Shown here one piece after another: positions 15,982 to 25,377 of a DNA stretch of 50,113 nucleotides. The position numbers were made by a program, and so were the translations under genes. The stretch's first letter is position 1. Each line of letters begins with the position of its first letter. This stretch comes from Nitrosopumilales archaeon (lineage in GTDB: Archaea; Thermoproteota; Nitrososphaeria; Nitrososphaerales; Nitrososphaeraceae). A model generated the notes under the pieces. The model was not told the origin of the DNA. It saw only the letters and a program-made list of their open reading frames with translations, and made no database searches. The stretch is taken from positions 1-50,113 of the forward strand of contig JBIQJB010000015.1 of assembly GCA_044507735.1 (NCBI GenBank), in the 5' to 3' direction.

Positions 15982-16854
15982 TTATGACACGCCGGCAACA
16001 AGCCTGCGACTAAGCTTCCTCTTCTCTTTTATCAGAAGGTCGATCTGGCTGTGCAGAGAGTTCTTGTGCTGCATCAATATTTCCCGCATTAGCCAGTCGT
16101 CTTCGTTTTGGCTTATCAGGGCGCCAATGTTGTTCAGTGCGATCCTTAGTGTCACTATCATCTTATCGAAAACTTTACGCTTGTGCTCAAGCCTGCTGGC
16201 CGTAGACTTGTCGTCAGTGTCGTCCAGGGCTTCAGCCTTGTACTGGCTAAGGATGCCCCTGGCCTTGCGCAACGAAAGGTGCCGTTGAATAATTAGAGAC
16301 GCCAGCTCTGACTGTCGCGACTGATCTTTTATCGAACACAGCTCTTCTGCCAAGCTTGCACTTAGGGATTGATTCGTGATAGAGCTGATCACGTCAGGAG
16401 GAAGATTGAGCAAGTTGATCCTTCTTGTGATATAGCTTGGGCTCTTGCCTATCCTTCGTGCAAGCTCAGAGACACCGCCCCAACCAAAATCCGCCACGTA
16501 GACTTTGAAGGCATTGGCCTCCTCAACTACAGTAAGCGTCTGTCTCTGTATGTTTTCCACAAGCGAATATTCAAAGGCCCTCTTGTCGTCAAGCTCCACT
16601 ATATGGCAGGGGATCTTTCTCCATCGGAGCAGCTCGCAAGCCATGCATCTCCTGTTGCCAGCCACGATCTCAAAATAGTCATTCTTTGGTCTTACAACGA
16701 TTGGCTGCAAGAGTCCGTTTTCCCGGATTGAATCTACTAGCTCCCTCACGTCTGACCTGGGGCGCAGACATTTCTCAGAATATTTGATCTTGGATAGCAT
16801 CACATCCCCAATTATTCCAGGGATTGAAGAGGCAAGGCCAGCAGAATATGGCAT
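15982..16854 (-). CDS. parB: ParB/RepB/Spo0J family protein
   Basis: ELVDSIRENGLLQPIVVRP, EIVAGNRR (CTPase motif), LVENIQR, HTH ELARRIGKSPSYITRRINLLNLP. Start may be up to 18 codons later. Confidence 0.9.
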   Translation of the reverse strand: MPYSAGLASSIPGIIGDVMLSKIKYSEKCLRPRSDVRELVDSIRENGLLQPIVVRPKNDYFEIVAGNRRCMACELLRWRKIPCHIVELDDKRAFEYSLVENIQRQTLTVVEEANAFKVYVADFGWGGVSELARRIGKSPSYITRRINLLNLPPDVISSITNQSLSASLAEELCSIKDQSRQSELASLIIQRHLSLRKARGILSQYKAEALDDTDDKSTASRLEHKRKVFDKMIVTLRIALNNIGALISQNEDDWLMREILMQHKNSLHSQIDLLIKEKRKLSRRLVAGVS

Positions 16855-16953
16855 GGAAAGTCCATATCGTTGTTATTATTATGTTTTGTTACCTTCTCAG
16901 AGGACAATAGCGCTCCCTACCCATATTATGGAACAATAATCGTACAATTTGTG

Positions 16954-17006
16954 TTATATTGTGATCAATATAATCAAATTATCATATCATATTATCAAAT
17001 ATTGTG
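16954..17006. promoter_or_regulatory. AT-rich inverted repeat plus short direct repeats upstream of parB/eCIS
   Basis: TTATATTG-tgat-CAATATAA at 16954-16973; ATCA(A/T)AT at 16973, 16981, 16986, 16994; ATATTGTG at 16956 and 16999. Confidence 0.55.
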
Positions 17007-17197
17007 CAACATCTATAATGAAAGATGATAGAAATATCACCCATTTTCAACTGCGGGTGGTAAGCTCTGGACGAAGCTACAAGACTATTCTTTGCGTACA
17101 CTGCCAAACCAAACCTTGGAAATATGATTACAAGCCTTCAGAATGTGGCGTCTATTTGCGCTTGTCAATTCACATCATGACTAGGAGAAAAAAATTT

Positions 17198-18271
17198 TCA
17201 TGGTCTTGCCTCAAAGACCAAGTTGAATGGAGTCTGCGTTGCGCGCCGGAACCTGGAAAAGCCCGCTCCTGTCACTATCTCTTTAATCCTCTGCTCTCCG
17301 GCCTGCGCCCCTAATGCAGGTCCGTCCTCGTTCAAGGATGCCGGAACACATACTATGGTAGAAGCACAGTATGACAACCTGCCCATAGGGGTCAAGTTAT
17401 CTTCCACCTTATCATTGGCGAAGGGCTCTACGAGCATCAATGAGCCATCTTTCTTCTTCAAGGATTGCAGCACATGCTTGGCGGCCCCAGAGGGATTGCC
17501 CATGTCGTGGAAGCAATCGAAGAATGTGACCAAGTCATAGTCATCCCCAGGATAATCGGTCGATCGAGCTACTTCAAAAGTCACATTTTTCAAGCCTTCC
17601 CTTTCTGCCATGTTCCTGGCGCTTTCGATTGATGGTTCATGAAAGTCAAATCCCACTATTTGTGAGTTGGGGTACGCTTTTGCCATTAGAATTGTAGATG
17701 CACCATGACCACACCCGACATCTGCCACCTTTGCACCGCCCTTCTTGAGCCGGGCCTCTATGCCATCCAATGAAGGAATCCAACTGGTTGTAAGATTCGC
17801 GACATAACCGGGCTTGAAAAACTTCTCCGTGCCTTGGAAAAGGTAGTGGTGATGGTCCCCCCATCCAAGCCCCTTTCCGGTTCTGAACGCGTTAATGAAT
17901 TTCTCTTCGTCTTTGAATAACCCGGTTACGAGCTGGTATGCGCCCATGGTATACGCTGGGCTGTTTTCGTCAGTAAGGGCAAGTGCGTGCTCTGCTGGCA
18001 GCACGTATTTTCCTGTAACAGGATCGTATTCGACGATACCTCCAGCAGCTTCGGCAGCGAGCCATTCTCTTACAACTCTAGGATGCGTGCCAGTCTTTTT
18101 TGCCAACTCTTCAGGCGTCAGCTCACCCGCTCCTGCCATTGCTTTGAACAATCCAAGCCTTTCACCTGCGAATGTGAGCAGTGCGCCCAATGCTGCTCCC
18201 CATTCGTTTAACGACCTTTCGACAAATTTTTGCAGTTTTGCCTCATCAACTACCATTATTGTTATGCGCAC
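17198..18271 (-). CDS. Class I SAM-dependent methyltransferase with N-terminal winged HTH (Rv2258c-like)
   Basis: GERLGLFKAM, REWLAAEAAGG, VADVGCGHG, FDCFHDMGNP, LGAQAGE, TPFNLVFEARP. Start may be ATG 18256. Confidence 0.92.
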   Translation of the reverse strand: MRITIMVVDEAKLQKFVERSLNEWGAALGALLTFAGERLGLFKAMAGAGELTPEELAKKTGTHPRVVREWLAAEAAGGIVEYDPVTGKYVLPAEHALALTDENSPAYTMGAYQLVTGLFKDEEKFINAFRTGKGLGWGDHHHYLFQGTEKFFKPGYVANLTTSWIPSLDGIEARLKKGGAKVADVGCGHGASTILMAKAYPNSQIVGFDFHEPSIESARNMAEREGLKNVTFEVARSTDYPGDDYDLVTFFDCFHDMGNPSGAAKHVLQSLKKKDGSLMLVEPFANDKVEDNLTPMGRLSYCASTIVCVPASLNEDGPALGAQAGEQRIKEIVTGAGFSRFRRATQTPFNLVFEARP

Positions 18272-18602
18272 TCCACATCCTCATAGAAGAAACCTTGATA
18301 TTTAAGCAATATTCTGGATTTCGTTCAGAAGATTCGTTCCCATTACTTTTACCAGCTCGCAGCTTGTGCACCCACCAAATCCAATAGCGCTCAACCGACC
18401 TCCCTATTTAGCGCGGGCAGGATCGTGGCAGCAATTCAAGAATGGTTAATGATTCCTTCATGAAGGTCAGTGGTTGGCCAAATATGCACAAGTAACCTAA
18501 GGTTCACCTGGAAGCACGATCCCCGAAGTTGGAGAGAATCCGCCGACTCACAATCACCAAGATTTTAATATCGAAGTCAGGTTGCTCCTTACAACGTGTA
18601 GA

Positions 18603-18676
18603 GCGGTCATGGTCTAGCTTGGTTATGACATGGGCTTCCCAAGCCTATAACCCGGGTTCAAATCCCGGTGACCGCA
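18603..18676 (+). tRNA. tRNA-Gly (CCC), no intron, CCA not encoded
   Basis: Acceptor stem GCGGTCA/TGACCGC; anticodon arm TGGGC-TTCCCAA-GCCTA; T arm CCGGG-TTCAAAT-CCCGG; discriminator A. Confidence 0.95.
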
Positions 18677-18829
18677 TTTCTCCATATTGTTGTACCCCAA
18701 CCAGAAAGGAAATATGCTGCTATCTTTCTTGATTTCGAAAAATGCACCATTTTCGATCCGTTATGCGTTCAGGCCAAGCAGCAAGCATTCAAACAGGGCA
18801 AGATCCAACAATAGCGTGAGAGCATCTCG

Positions 18830-19435
18830 CTATTTCAGCGAAAAGCTCTTGCCTGACCTGAATGCAATGGTCCTTGCAGATGACCTGTCGCGGGCTCCAC
18901 GCTTGTTTGCATCGGGATTTTGAGAGGTTCCGTGCTCGTCCACAATCTCAACGGTCACCCCATCCCGGAACTTCATCTTTAGTATTCCGGCGATCTGTCT
19001 TGCCATAGAGATGTCGCCATTGCCTATCTTGACCACCTTTTTGCGCGATTGAATGCTGCCAAGCATTGCCGACACATGCTCGACGGCGTCCAATGGCGAA
19101 GACTCTACTGCGCTTGCGATCTCTTGATGCAGATATATCGCAGATACCCCGATCCTGCTCCCAGGGTCTATGCCAATTGTTAACTGATCGTCTGCATGAT
19201 CGCCCATTATGCTCTTTAGAATTCTAGCTTTTGATATTGCCTGATATTTTTCAAGCTCGGTGTCAAGTATCACCACACCCTTCTTGTTGATCATGCCGGC
19301 TTCTGCCCTAGTTGTAATAATGACTTTGGCGTTTGACAGCGCAGCCTCTTCTGGTGACAGTGAATCGAATTGCACCTTCATCAGTCTCAGCGCGCATGTG
19401 ATATTGTAGTATGGTCGACCGTGAACCGTTGCCAC
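18830..19435 (-). CDS. Conserved archaeal hypothetical protein with RNase H-like (YqgF-like) motif
   Basis: LTIGIDPGSRIG, VKIGNG, VEIVDEHGTS, RD..SA..IA. Confidence 0.75.
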   Translation of the reverse strand: MATVHGRPYYNITCALRLMKVQFDSLSPEEAALSNAKVIITTRAEAGMINKKGVVILDTELEKYQAISKARILKSIMGDHADDQLTIGIDPGSRIGVSAIYLHQEIASAVESSPLDAVEHVSAMLGSIQSRKKVVKIGNGDISMARQIAGILKMKFRDGVTVEIVDEHGTSQNPDANKRGARDRSSARTIAFRSGKSFSLK

Positions 19436-19543
19436 TGCAACCTTGGGATGTAAAAGCTCCTCACTCAGGGGCGTTTCATCAACGAGAAAGCTTGGACGAA
19501 AATTACTTTTAAAGCTTGTGGCATTATGGCAGGCGGATGTCCA

Positions 19544-19972
19544 CTACTTTTTCGCCTTAGCTGGCTTTGTTGTAGTGGTGGTTGTTGTTGTTGTTGCAGA
19601 TGTAGCGTCGCCAAGGACCGTCCTGACGATGCTGTCAACCGCCGCGTCAAACGATGCATTGATATTCTTTTTCAAGTTGGCAACATTGGCCCTTCCCGCC
19701 TCTCCAATTTTTTCAGATTCTGCCTCAGCTTCTGCCCGGGCTGCGTCGACTATTTTCTTGGCCTCTTCGTTGGCCATGGCTATTACCTGTTGCTTCAGCT
19801 TCTCTACCTCTTCGTTTGAATGAGCCATTATGCGCTTTTTCATTTCCTCTGTCCGCGCATATAGTCCGTCGATTTCGCTTTCAAGCTCTGACAGCGCGCC
19901 GACAATAGTTTCAACTACAGAATGCGAGGTTGGTGGAGGAACTTGAGCGTGTGCGGTCTTTTCCTTTGCCAA
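19544..19972 (-). CDS. Coiled-coil protein resembling A/V-type ATPase subunit H/G
   Basis: EEAKKIVDAARAEAEAESEKI..FDAAVDSIVRTVLG; poly-Thr tail. Confidence 0.6.
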   Translation of the reverse strand: MAKEKTAHAQVPPPTSHSVVETIVGALSELESEIDGLYARTEEMKKRIMAHSNEEVEKLKQQVIAMANEEAKKIVDAARAEAEAESEKIGEAGRANVANLKKNINASFDAAVDSIVRTVLGDATSATTTTTTTTTKPAKAKK

Positions 19973-20012
19973 ACCACTTGAAATGAAAGTAGAGGGATAT
20001 TAAAACTAAGTG

Positions 20013-20351
20013 CTATGTGGTAAGACTAAGGATCGCCTGCGCGATGTCGCCCTTGCTCTCTGTGAGTGCCTGGACGGCTTTCTCCCTTGACACGCTTGCC
20101 TGCTGCATTACCAGAATAATGTCTTCCTCCTTGAATGATGGAACTTCGCGTTGCTTTTCCTCAATGTCGGTTGCAACTACCTGAAATATGGTGCTGTCCT
20201 TGCCCTTCATCTCAATGACCTGTGGCTTGACGAGATAGAGTTCTTTCTTGTCTGTCTTGATTATCACTTCTTCGACATTGTCCATGGTGGTCATGTCTAG
20301 ACCCATCTTGTCCAGCATGCGCCTCATTTCGCGGTTGCCGCCACGCATCAT
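20013..20351 (-). CDS. nac: Nascent polypeptide-associated complex protein
   Basis: REMRRMLDKMGLDM, VEEVII, C-terminal UBA-like EEDIILVMQQASVSREKA..GDIAQAILSL. Confidence 0.95.
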   Translation of the reverse strand: MMRGGNREMRRMLDKMGLDMTTMDNVEEVIIKTDKKELYLVKPQVIEMKGKDSTIFQVVATDIEEKQREVPSFKEEDIILVMQQASVSREKAVQALTESKGDIAQAILSLTT

Positions 20352-20359
20352 AAAGCCAG

Positions 20360-20848
20360 TTAATCCGTTCTACCTTTTAATCCTTCTCGAATTTTAACTG
20401 CAACGCCCCTGTCATACTTGTTCATGAGCACTGATGCAAGTATAGCCGTGCCCACCGCTATCGTCTTGTTGCCGTCAATAACTGCTACTTCTGAACCGGC
20501 CTTTACATTAGAGCCACACCAGTCGACGTGCCGACAGAAAAGCGATCTGCCTTCAGCTACGAACGGCACTGCTTCCTGCACTGGCACAACGCAATTTTCC
20601 CTGAACTGCTTGTTGCTGTGATCAAGGAAGTGCTGGGCGCCAGCTATTGTCAGCGCGATCCCGCCGTCTGTCCGAAGAGTCCCGGCAAGCTTGCCATCTA
20701 TGCTAAAGTTCTTTATTCGCCCTGTGCGCCTTGAATACTCGAACTGCACTACTTTTTCTGGAGGCAATGCATCAGAGACGCCAACGCCAAATAGCGCGTC
20801 CAGATGGCGGCACACCTTTTCCCGGGCTTCTATAGGAAGTGGGTTCAA
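20360..20848 (-). CDS. PUA-domain RNA-binding protein (archaeosine TGT C-terminal-like)
   Basis: SRRTGRIK, TLRTDGG, AVPFVAEGRSLFCRHV, GVAVKIREG. Confidence 0.88.
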   Translation of the reverse strand: MNPLPIEAREKVCRHLDALFGVGVSDALPPEKVVQFEYSRRTGRIKNFSIDGKLAGTLRTDGGIALTIAGAQHFLDHSNKQFRENCVVPVQEAVPFVAEGRSLFCRHVDWCGSNVKAGSEVAVIDGNKTIAVGTAILASVLMNKYDRGVAVKIREGLKGRTD

Positions 20849-20963
20849 GTACTATTCTCCATATCCCATATCCCATATTCCACATAAACATAATGGCAGC
20901 TGTTGGTTGAATCTATATAGTCACGGCTATACATATATAGAACAACAAGAAAGCTCGTGTTGA

Positions 20964-22046
20964 ATGGAAAAGCAGACTAGCAAGGGCGACGGCAATGGGA
21001 AGAGCTTGTCACACGGTGAAGAGACCAGAAAATTGCAATACACAGGCGGTTCCTCATATATCGTGTCCTTGCCAAAAAAATGGATCCAAGACCTTGGTCT
21101 AAAGCAGGGGGATCGAGTTCTCATCCAAAGGCAGGGCAACTCTGTCCTGCAGATAGCACCGGCCTCAAGGAGGGCTGCGAAGGAGCAGAAAGAAGCGACC
21201 ATTGAAGTTGGGAAAGACAACAATCCGTACTTTATCGCTCGCAAGCTTATCGCATTGTATTTTCTAGGCTTCAATGTCATCACCATCGTCCCAAAGGAAG
21301 ACAGGTTGCTCGCGGACCAGAGGGAGGTGATCAAGAGCATCGTCAGGCGCATACTCATGGGCACTGAAATAATCGCCGACTCGGCAACGGGCATCACCTT
21401 GCAGGTCCTGATAAACCTACTTGACCTGTCTGTAGACGCCGCGTTCAAGCGGATGCTCCTGATCGCTAAATCCATGTACAGGGACACACTCCTTTCTCTC
21501 AAAGAAAATAATGTCGAACTTGCAGACGAAGTCGTCAAGTCAGATGACGAGGTTGACAGGTTCAGCTTTTACATTGTAAGGCAGCTCAAGATAGCGATCA
21601 GTAACGAGCACTTGCTCAGGGAAATTGGCCTTGAAGAGCCGCGCAATTGCCTAGGCTATAGGCTGATCGCAAAATCCGTGGAAAGGGTAGCGGACCATGC
21701 AGTCGTTATCGCCAAAGATATCAGAGATAACCCGCACCCGCTAAACAAGGAGATCGTAGAGAGAATAGCAAGTATGAGCTACTTTGCACTCGAAGTGCTG
21801 GACGATGCTTGCCTGTCAATGTTCAAGCGCGACTATGAAGCTGCCGATAAGGCAATTGAGAAGGCTCGTAAGATAGACGAGATGGAAAAAGCAATACTGC
21901 GCATAGTATCCAAGCCCCGCGATATCAACGAGCTTTACAGGATCAAGATGATAACAGAGAACATCCGCAGAGTCGCAGAGTATGCAAGCGACATTGCAGA
22001 AATAGTGCTCAACATGACGGTGCAGCAGACTCTCAGAAAGGGCTAA
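20964..22046 (+). CDS. phoU: Phosphate uptake regulator (AbrB-type N-terminus plus PhoU domains)
   Basis: RKLQYTGGSSYIVSLPKKW, DDEVDRF, ERVADHA, RRVAEYASDIAE. Confidence 0.92.
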   Translation: MEKQTSKGDGNGKSLSHGEETRKLQYTGGSSYIVSLPKKWIQDLGLKQGDRVLIQRQGNSVLQIAPASRRAAKEQKEATIEVGKDNNPYFIARKLIALYFLGFNVITIVPKEDRLLADQREVIKSIVRRILMGTEIIADSATGITLQVLINLLDLSVDAAFKRMLLIAKSMYRDTLLSLKENNVELADEVVKSDDEVDRFSFYIVRQLKIAISNEHLLREIGLEEPRNCLGYRLIAKSVERVADHAVVIAKDIRDNPHPLNKEIVERIASMSYFALEVLDDACLSMFKRDYEAADKAIEKARKIDEMEKAILRIVSKPRDINELYRIKMITENIRRVAEYASDIAEIVLNMTVQQTLRKG

Positions 22047-22072
22047 ATCCGCCTTCTGATGCTTGGATCACA

Positions 22073-22516
22073 ATGTCGTACTGCGAGCTTTGCGGACGCT
22101 CTACAGCTGAAAAGAAGATGATAGTTGTCGACGGCACGGTGTTCAATGTTTGTTTTGCCTGCTCAAAGCATGGCAAGCCTTACGTGCCAGCGCAGACGGC
22201 TACTGCCAAGAAGAAGAAGAGACCAGTCTCAGCAGAGCAGCAGAAAAAGAAGAAGATAGGATTTGCCGATGAAACAATACTTGCACTAGATTTTGCAAAG
22301 AGGATAAGAGAAGCTCGCATGAAGATGGGTCTAACCCAAGAGCAACTTGCCATGAAGATGAACGAGAAAGTGCAGCCACTAAAGAAAATAGAGAGCGGCG
22401 CGCTTAAGCCGGACGAGCTATTGGCAAAAAAGCTCGAGCGCTATCTTGGAATCAAGCTTTATGTCAGCGGAAATGCCGATAATGGAAACGATGATGATAA
22501 TCACGATGATGAATAG
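22073..22516 (+). CDS. mbf1: Archaeal multiprotein bridging factor 1
   Basis: Zn ribbon CELCG..VCFACSKHG; HTH IREARMKMGLTQEQLA..KKIESGALKP..KKLERYLGIKL. Confidence 0.93.
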   Translation: MSYCELCGRSTAEKKMIVVDGTVFNVCFACSKHGKPYVPAQTATAKKKKRPVSAEQQKKKKIGFADETILALDFAKRIREARMKMGLTQEQLAMKMNEKVQPLKKIESGALKPDELLAKKLERYLGIKLYVSGNADNGNDDDNHDDE

Positions 22517-23611
22517 ATGATGATGGCAAGCCAGAAAAAGGCCATCCTGATAACTTACCCTTCTGAGCAGGCCATAAAAGAGGCCTCAGCTCTTGCAGAC
22601 GCTGCGGGCTATTCCATAGTGGAGACGGTGACCCAGCGTCAGATAGTCAAGTCGAGGTTTGGCATCGGAAGAGGGAAAGCAGAGCAAGTGAGAGACATGG
22701 TACAGGATCTCAAGCCCGATGTCATTGTCTTTGACGAAGTCCTAAAGCCTACCCAACTTTATAATCTGGCGAGCCTCTGCAAGGTGGAGATAATCGACAG
22801 GGAGCGGCTGATCCTGGAGATCTTTGAGCGCAGGGCAAGCACTACAGAGTCTCAGATCCAGATCAAACTAGCACAACTGCGGTATGACATGACAAGAGCA
22901 CGGGATAAGGTCCGGCTTGCAAGGATGGGGGAGCAACCCGGTTTCTATGGCCTTGGTAAGTATGAGGCTGACGTCTACCTGCTAGACATAAAAAAGAGGG
23001 CTGCAATGCTCAAGAAAAGGCTGGAGAAGGAGGAGACTAGGCGTCAGCTGCACAGGAACCAGCGGGCAAGGGCAGGCCTTCCAACTGTGTCGCTTGCAGG
23101 ATATACTTCTGCTGGCAAGACAACGCTCTTTAACACGCTCACTGGAGAGGCCAAGGCTACAGACAAGAATGTCTTTACCACTCTGTCAACGTTTACACGT
23201 GCAATCGATCTCTTGGGCAATAAGGTGCTGCTGAGTGACACTGTCGGATTCATCAGCAAGCTGCCGGCTTACATGATAGACGCGTTCAAGTCGACGCTTG
23301 AAGAGCTTGCCTACGCAGGACTCGTGCTCTTGGTGATTGATATCAGCGAGCCTGCCGAAGAGATTGCACGCAAGTACAAAAGCTCACTTGAAGTGATAAA
23401 CGAGTTTGAGGTGCCGGACACAAGGATAATTTATGTTCTCAACAAGGTCGATCTGACAACCTTGGAGGACTCGTTTGAAAAGGCAGGATATCTTGGCATA
23501 CTTGATACAAAGCGCGTCATTCCAGTTTCAGCCAAGACTGGCTATAACATCAGGCAGCTGAAGAACCTGGTTGGATCTGTGCTCTTTGGATCTGGTGAAG
23601 AGAGGGCGTGA
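22517..23611 (+). CDS. hflX: GTPase HflX
   Basis: IDRERLILEIF, G1 GYTSAGKT, FTTL, DTVGFI, NKVD, SAKTG. Confidence 0.96.
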   Translation: MMMASQKKAILITYPSEQAIKEASALADAAGYSIVETVTQRQIVKSRFGIGRGKAEQVRDMVQDLKPDVIVFDEVLKPTQLYNLASLCKVEIIDRERLILEIFERRASTTESQIQIKLAQLRYDMTRARDKVRLARMGEQPGFYGLGKYEADVYLLDIKKRAAMLKKRLEKEETRRQLHRNQRARAGLPTVSLAGYTSAGKTTLFNTLTGEAKATDKNVFTTLSTFTRAIDLLGNKVLLSDTVGFISKLPAYMIDAFKSTLEELAYAGLVLLVIDISEPAEEIARKYKSSLEVINEFEVPDTRIIYVLNKVDLTTLEDSFEKAGYLGILDTKRVIPVSAKTGYNIRQLKNLVGSVLFGSGEERA

Positions 23612-24132
23612 AGATATCCGTTCTTAGGATTGGCCACAGGCTTGTCCGCGACGACAGAGTGACTACACATGCGGCGCTCGTTTCAAGGGCGTTTGGCGCA
23701 GACAGGATATACATGACGGGGGTGGATGAATCGGTCAGCAAGACCGTGGCGAGCGTCTCTGAAAGGTGGGGCGGTGATTTTGAAGTGGAGGTCATAGAAG
23801 ACTGGAAGGCGCTTGCAAGGGCGTGGAAAAAGGGAGGAGGCAAGATTGCGCACCTTACGATGTATGGCATCAACATTGACGACGCTGCGGACAGGCTGCG
23901 GAAAGAGAACAGATTGCTGGTCATAATTGGGGCCGAAAAAGTCCCAAGAGAAGCTTACGATATAGCTGACTACAACGTCGCGATAGGTAATCAACCCCAC
24001 TCTGAAATCGCGGCCCTTGCGATTTTCCTCGACAGGATGTTCAGCGGCAAACAACTCAAGAGAGAACATCCGGGCGGCCGACTGAAAATAATCCCAGCTG
24101 AAAAAGGCAAGAACGTTCAAGAGAACAAGTAA
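23608..24132 (+). CDS. trm56: tRNA (cytidine(56)-2'-O)-methyltransferase
   Basis: LRIGHRLVRDDRVTTH, HLTMYG, GAEKVP, NQPHSEIAALA. Confidence 0.96.
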   Translation: MKISVLRIGHRLVRDDRVTTHAALVSRAFGADRIYMTGVDESVSKTVASVSERWGGDFEVEVIEDWKALARAWKKGGGKIAHLTMYGINIDDAADRLRKENRLLVIIGAEKVPREAYDIADYNVAIGNQPHSEIAALAIFLDRMFSGKQLKREHPGGRLKIIPAEKGKNVQENK

Positions 24133-24594
24133 ATCTTTTTAATCGCGTGGGGACGCCTTGCAAGCAGTGATGACACTAACCTGCGCCGATCGCCTATTCA
24201 GCGAGATGAGGAAATGCACCTCGACTGAGACACACCACCATTTGTTGTAGCGTGTGTCTTCAGGTGCACATCACTTTCGCTTTTTGCAATGTTCCGCATG
24301 TCTTCCAGCGAAATGCGACCGATCCGTTTTTGCATCTATGAAGTGCTTATCAATTTCCTTGGCAATCTGTGTCCTTCTGCGCGCCAGGTGGCAAGCTCAG
24401 CGTCCTCAAGTACGTACGAGTGCATCGGCAGTGCAGGAATGAAGGACGAAATCGAAAAGTGTGGCAATTTCGCTGGGTGTAGTTTCTCTTCCCCTTCAGA
24501 CTAGTAGCGCACTCCTGCCGCTACCGTCGGCAATGGCTCTCGATGGTCAGCCCATGGGCGAGCAAAGATTTCGGTATTTATTGAAAATATTTGA

Positions 24595-25263
24595 TCATTG
24601 TTTAATCAATGCCGCGATCGCTTTTGCAGCTTCGGCCTCGGCAAATAATAGCTTGACCTTGTCGTCCCTGTGCTTCTTGCTTGGGTTTATCTCCAAGATG
24701 TTCAGACGACCGTCCACGAGAAACTCTATGTGAAGCGACGTCCTCTCGATGCTGGCGTTCCGTATTGCGAATCTCTTGCCGACAAGGCTGTCCTCGCTTG
24801 AAGGATCTATTGACGAGAGCCTTACGACCGCGCCCACGAATAGGTCGAGCAGCTCAAAGAGCGGGTCAGGCTTGTCGTCCTTTTCTTTAGGCAAGCCCCA
24901 TTTGACCTTGGTCTTTGTAGCCGACGCAAGACTGTCGAACTTTTTTACAAAATCGCCAAAGACAGATTCCATAGTTACGTCGATGATGTGATCTTTTGAC
25001 CGGACAAACTGCGACGTCACCTTTTGGTCTGTGAACTCCATGCCGTGGTACTTGGCGTACAGCAGAGGCTGACCGTACTTCACCACATAGGCTTCGCAAC
25101 CCTCTATCTGGGAGATGATGTGCAGAAAGTAGTTAGCAGAGGCAGAGTTCTTGACAGCGGCGTTCATTTTCGATATTATCATGAGCTTTAGAAGATCCCT
25201 GACAAAGTCATCTGCATAGCGCGGGTGCTCCTCAAAGTCGTACCGTACTTCCTCTACTACCAA
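24595..25263 (-). CDS. Hypothetical protein
   Basis: 222-aa ORF with protein-like composition filling the gap; no recognised motif. Confidence 0.75.
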   Translation of the reverse strand: MVVEEVRYDFEEHPRYADDFVRDLLKLMIISKMNAAVKNSASANYFLHIISQIEGCEAYVVKYGQPLLYAKYHGMEFTDQKVTSQFVRSKDHIIDVTMESVFGDFVKKFDSLASATKTKVKWGLPKEKDDKPDPLFELLDLFVGAVVRLSSIDPSSEDSLVGKRFAIRNASIERTSLHIEFLVDGRLNILEINPSKKHRDDKVKLLFAEAEAAKAIAALIKQ

Positions 25264-25377
25264 GTAGCTTTCCTAATTAGAGAATGAGCATTTAATGATT
25301 GTTGAGACGAATCTCTCTTTTTCTCCTTCTTTTTCTTCTTCCTTGCTCTTGCTACTCAATAGCGTGGGTAGTAATTG

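Noticed and set aside
16949-17314. 121-aa plus-strand ORF
   Set aside because: Runs through the AT-rich repeat region and overlaps the methyltransferase antisense; composition is not protein-like.
17198-18271. Methyltransferase as an eCIS effector or component
   Set aside because: Separated from parB by ~340 nt of AT-rich DNA, has its own TATA-like box, and belongs to a widespread family with no eCIS link that I know of.
18603-18676. tRNA-Gly as integration site of the eCIS island
   Set aside because: The tRNA 3' end faces away from the cluster, no integrase is present, and I saw no duplicated tRNA 3' fragment.
20927-21538. 203-aa minus-strand ORF and similar antisense ORFs across the window
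   Set aside because: Shadow frames of well-supported genes on the opposite strand.
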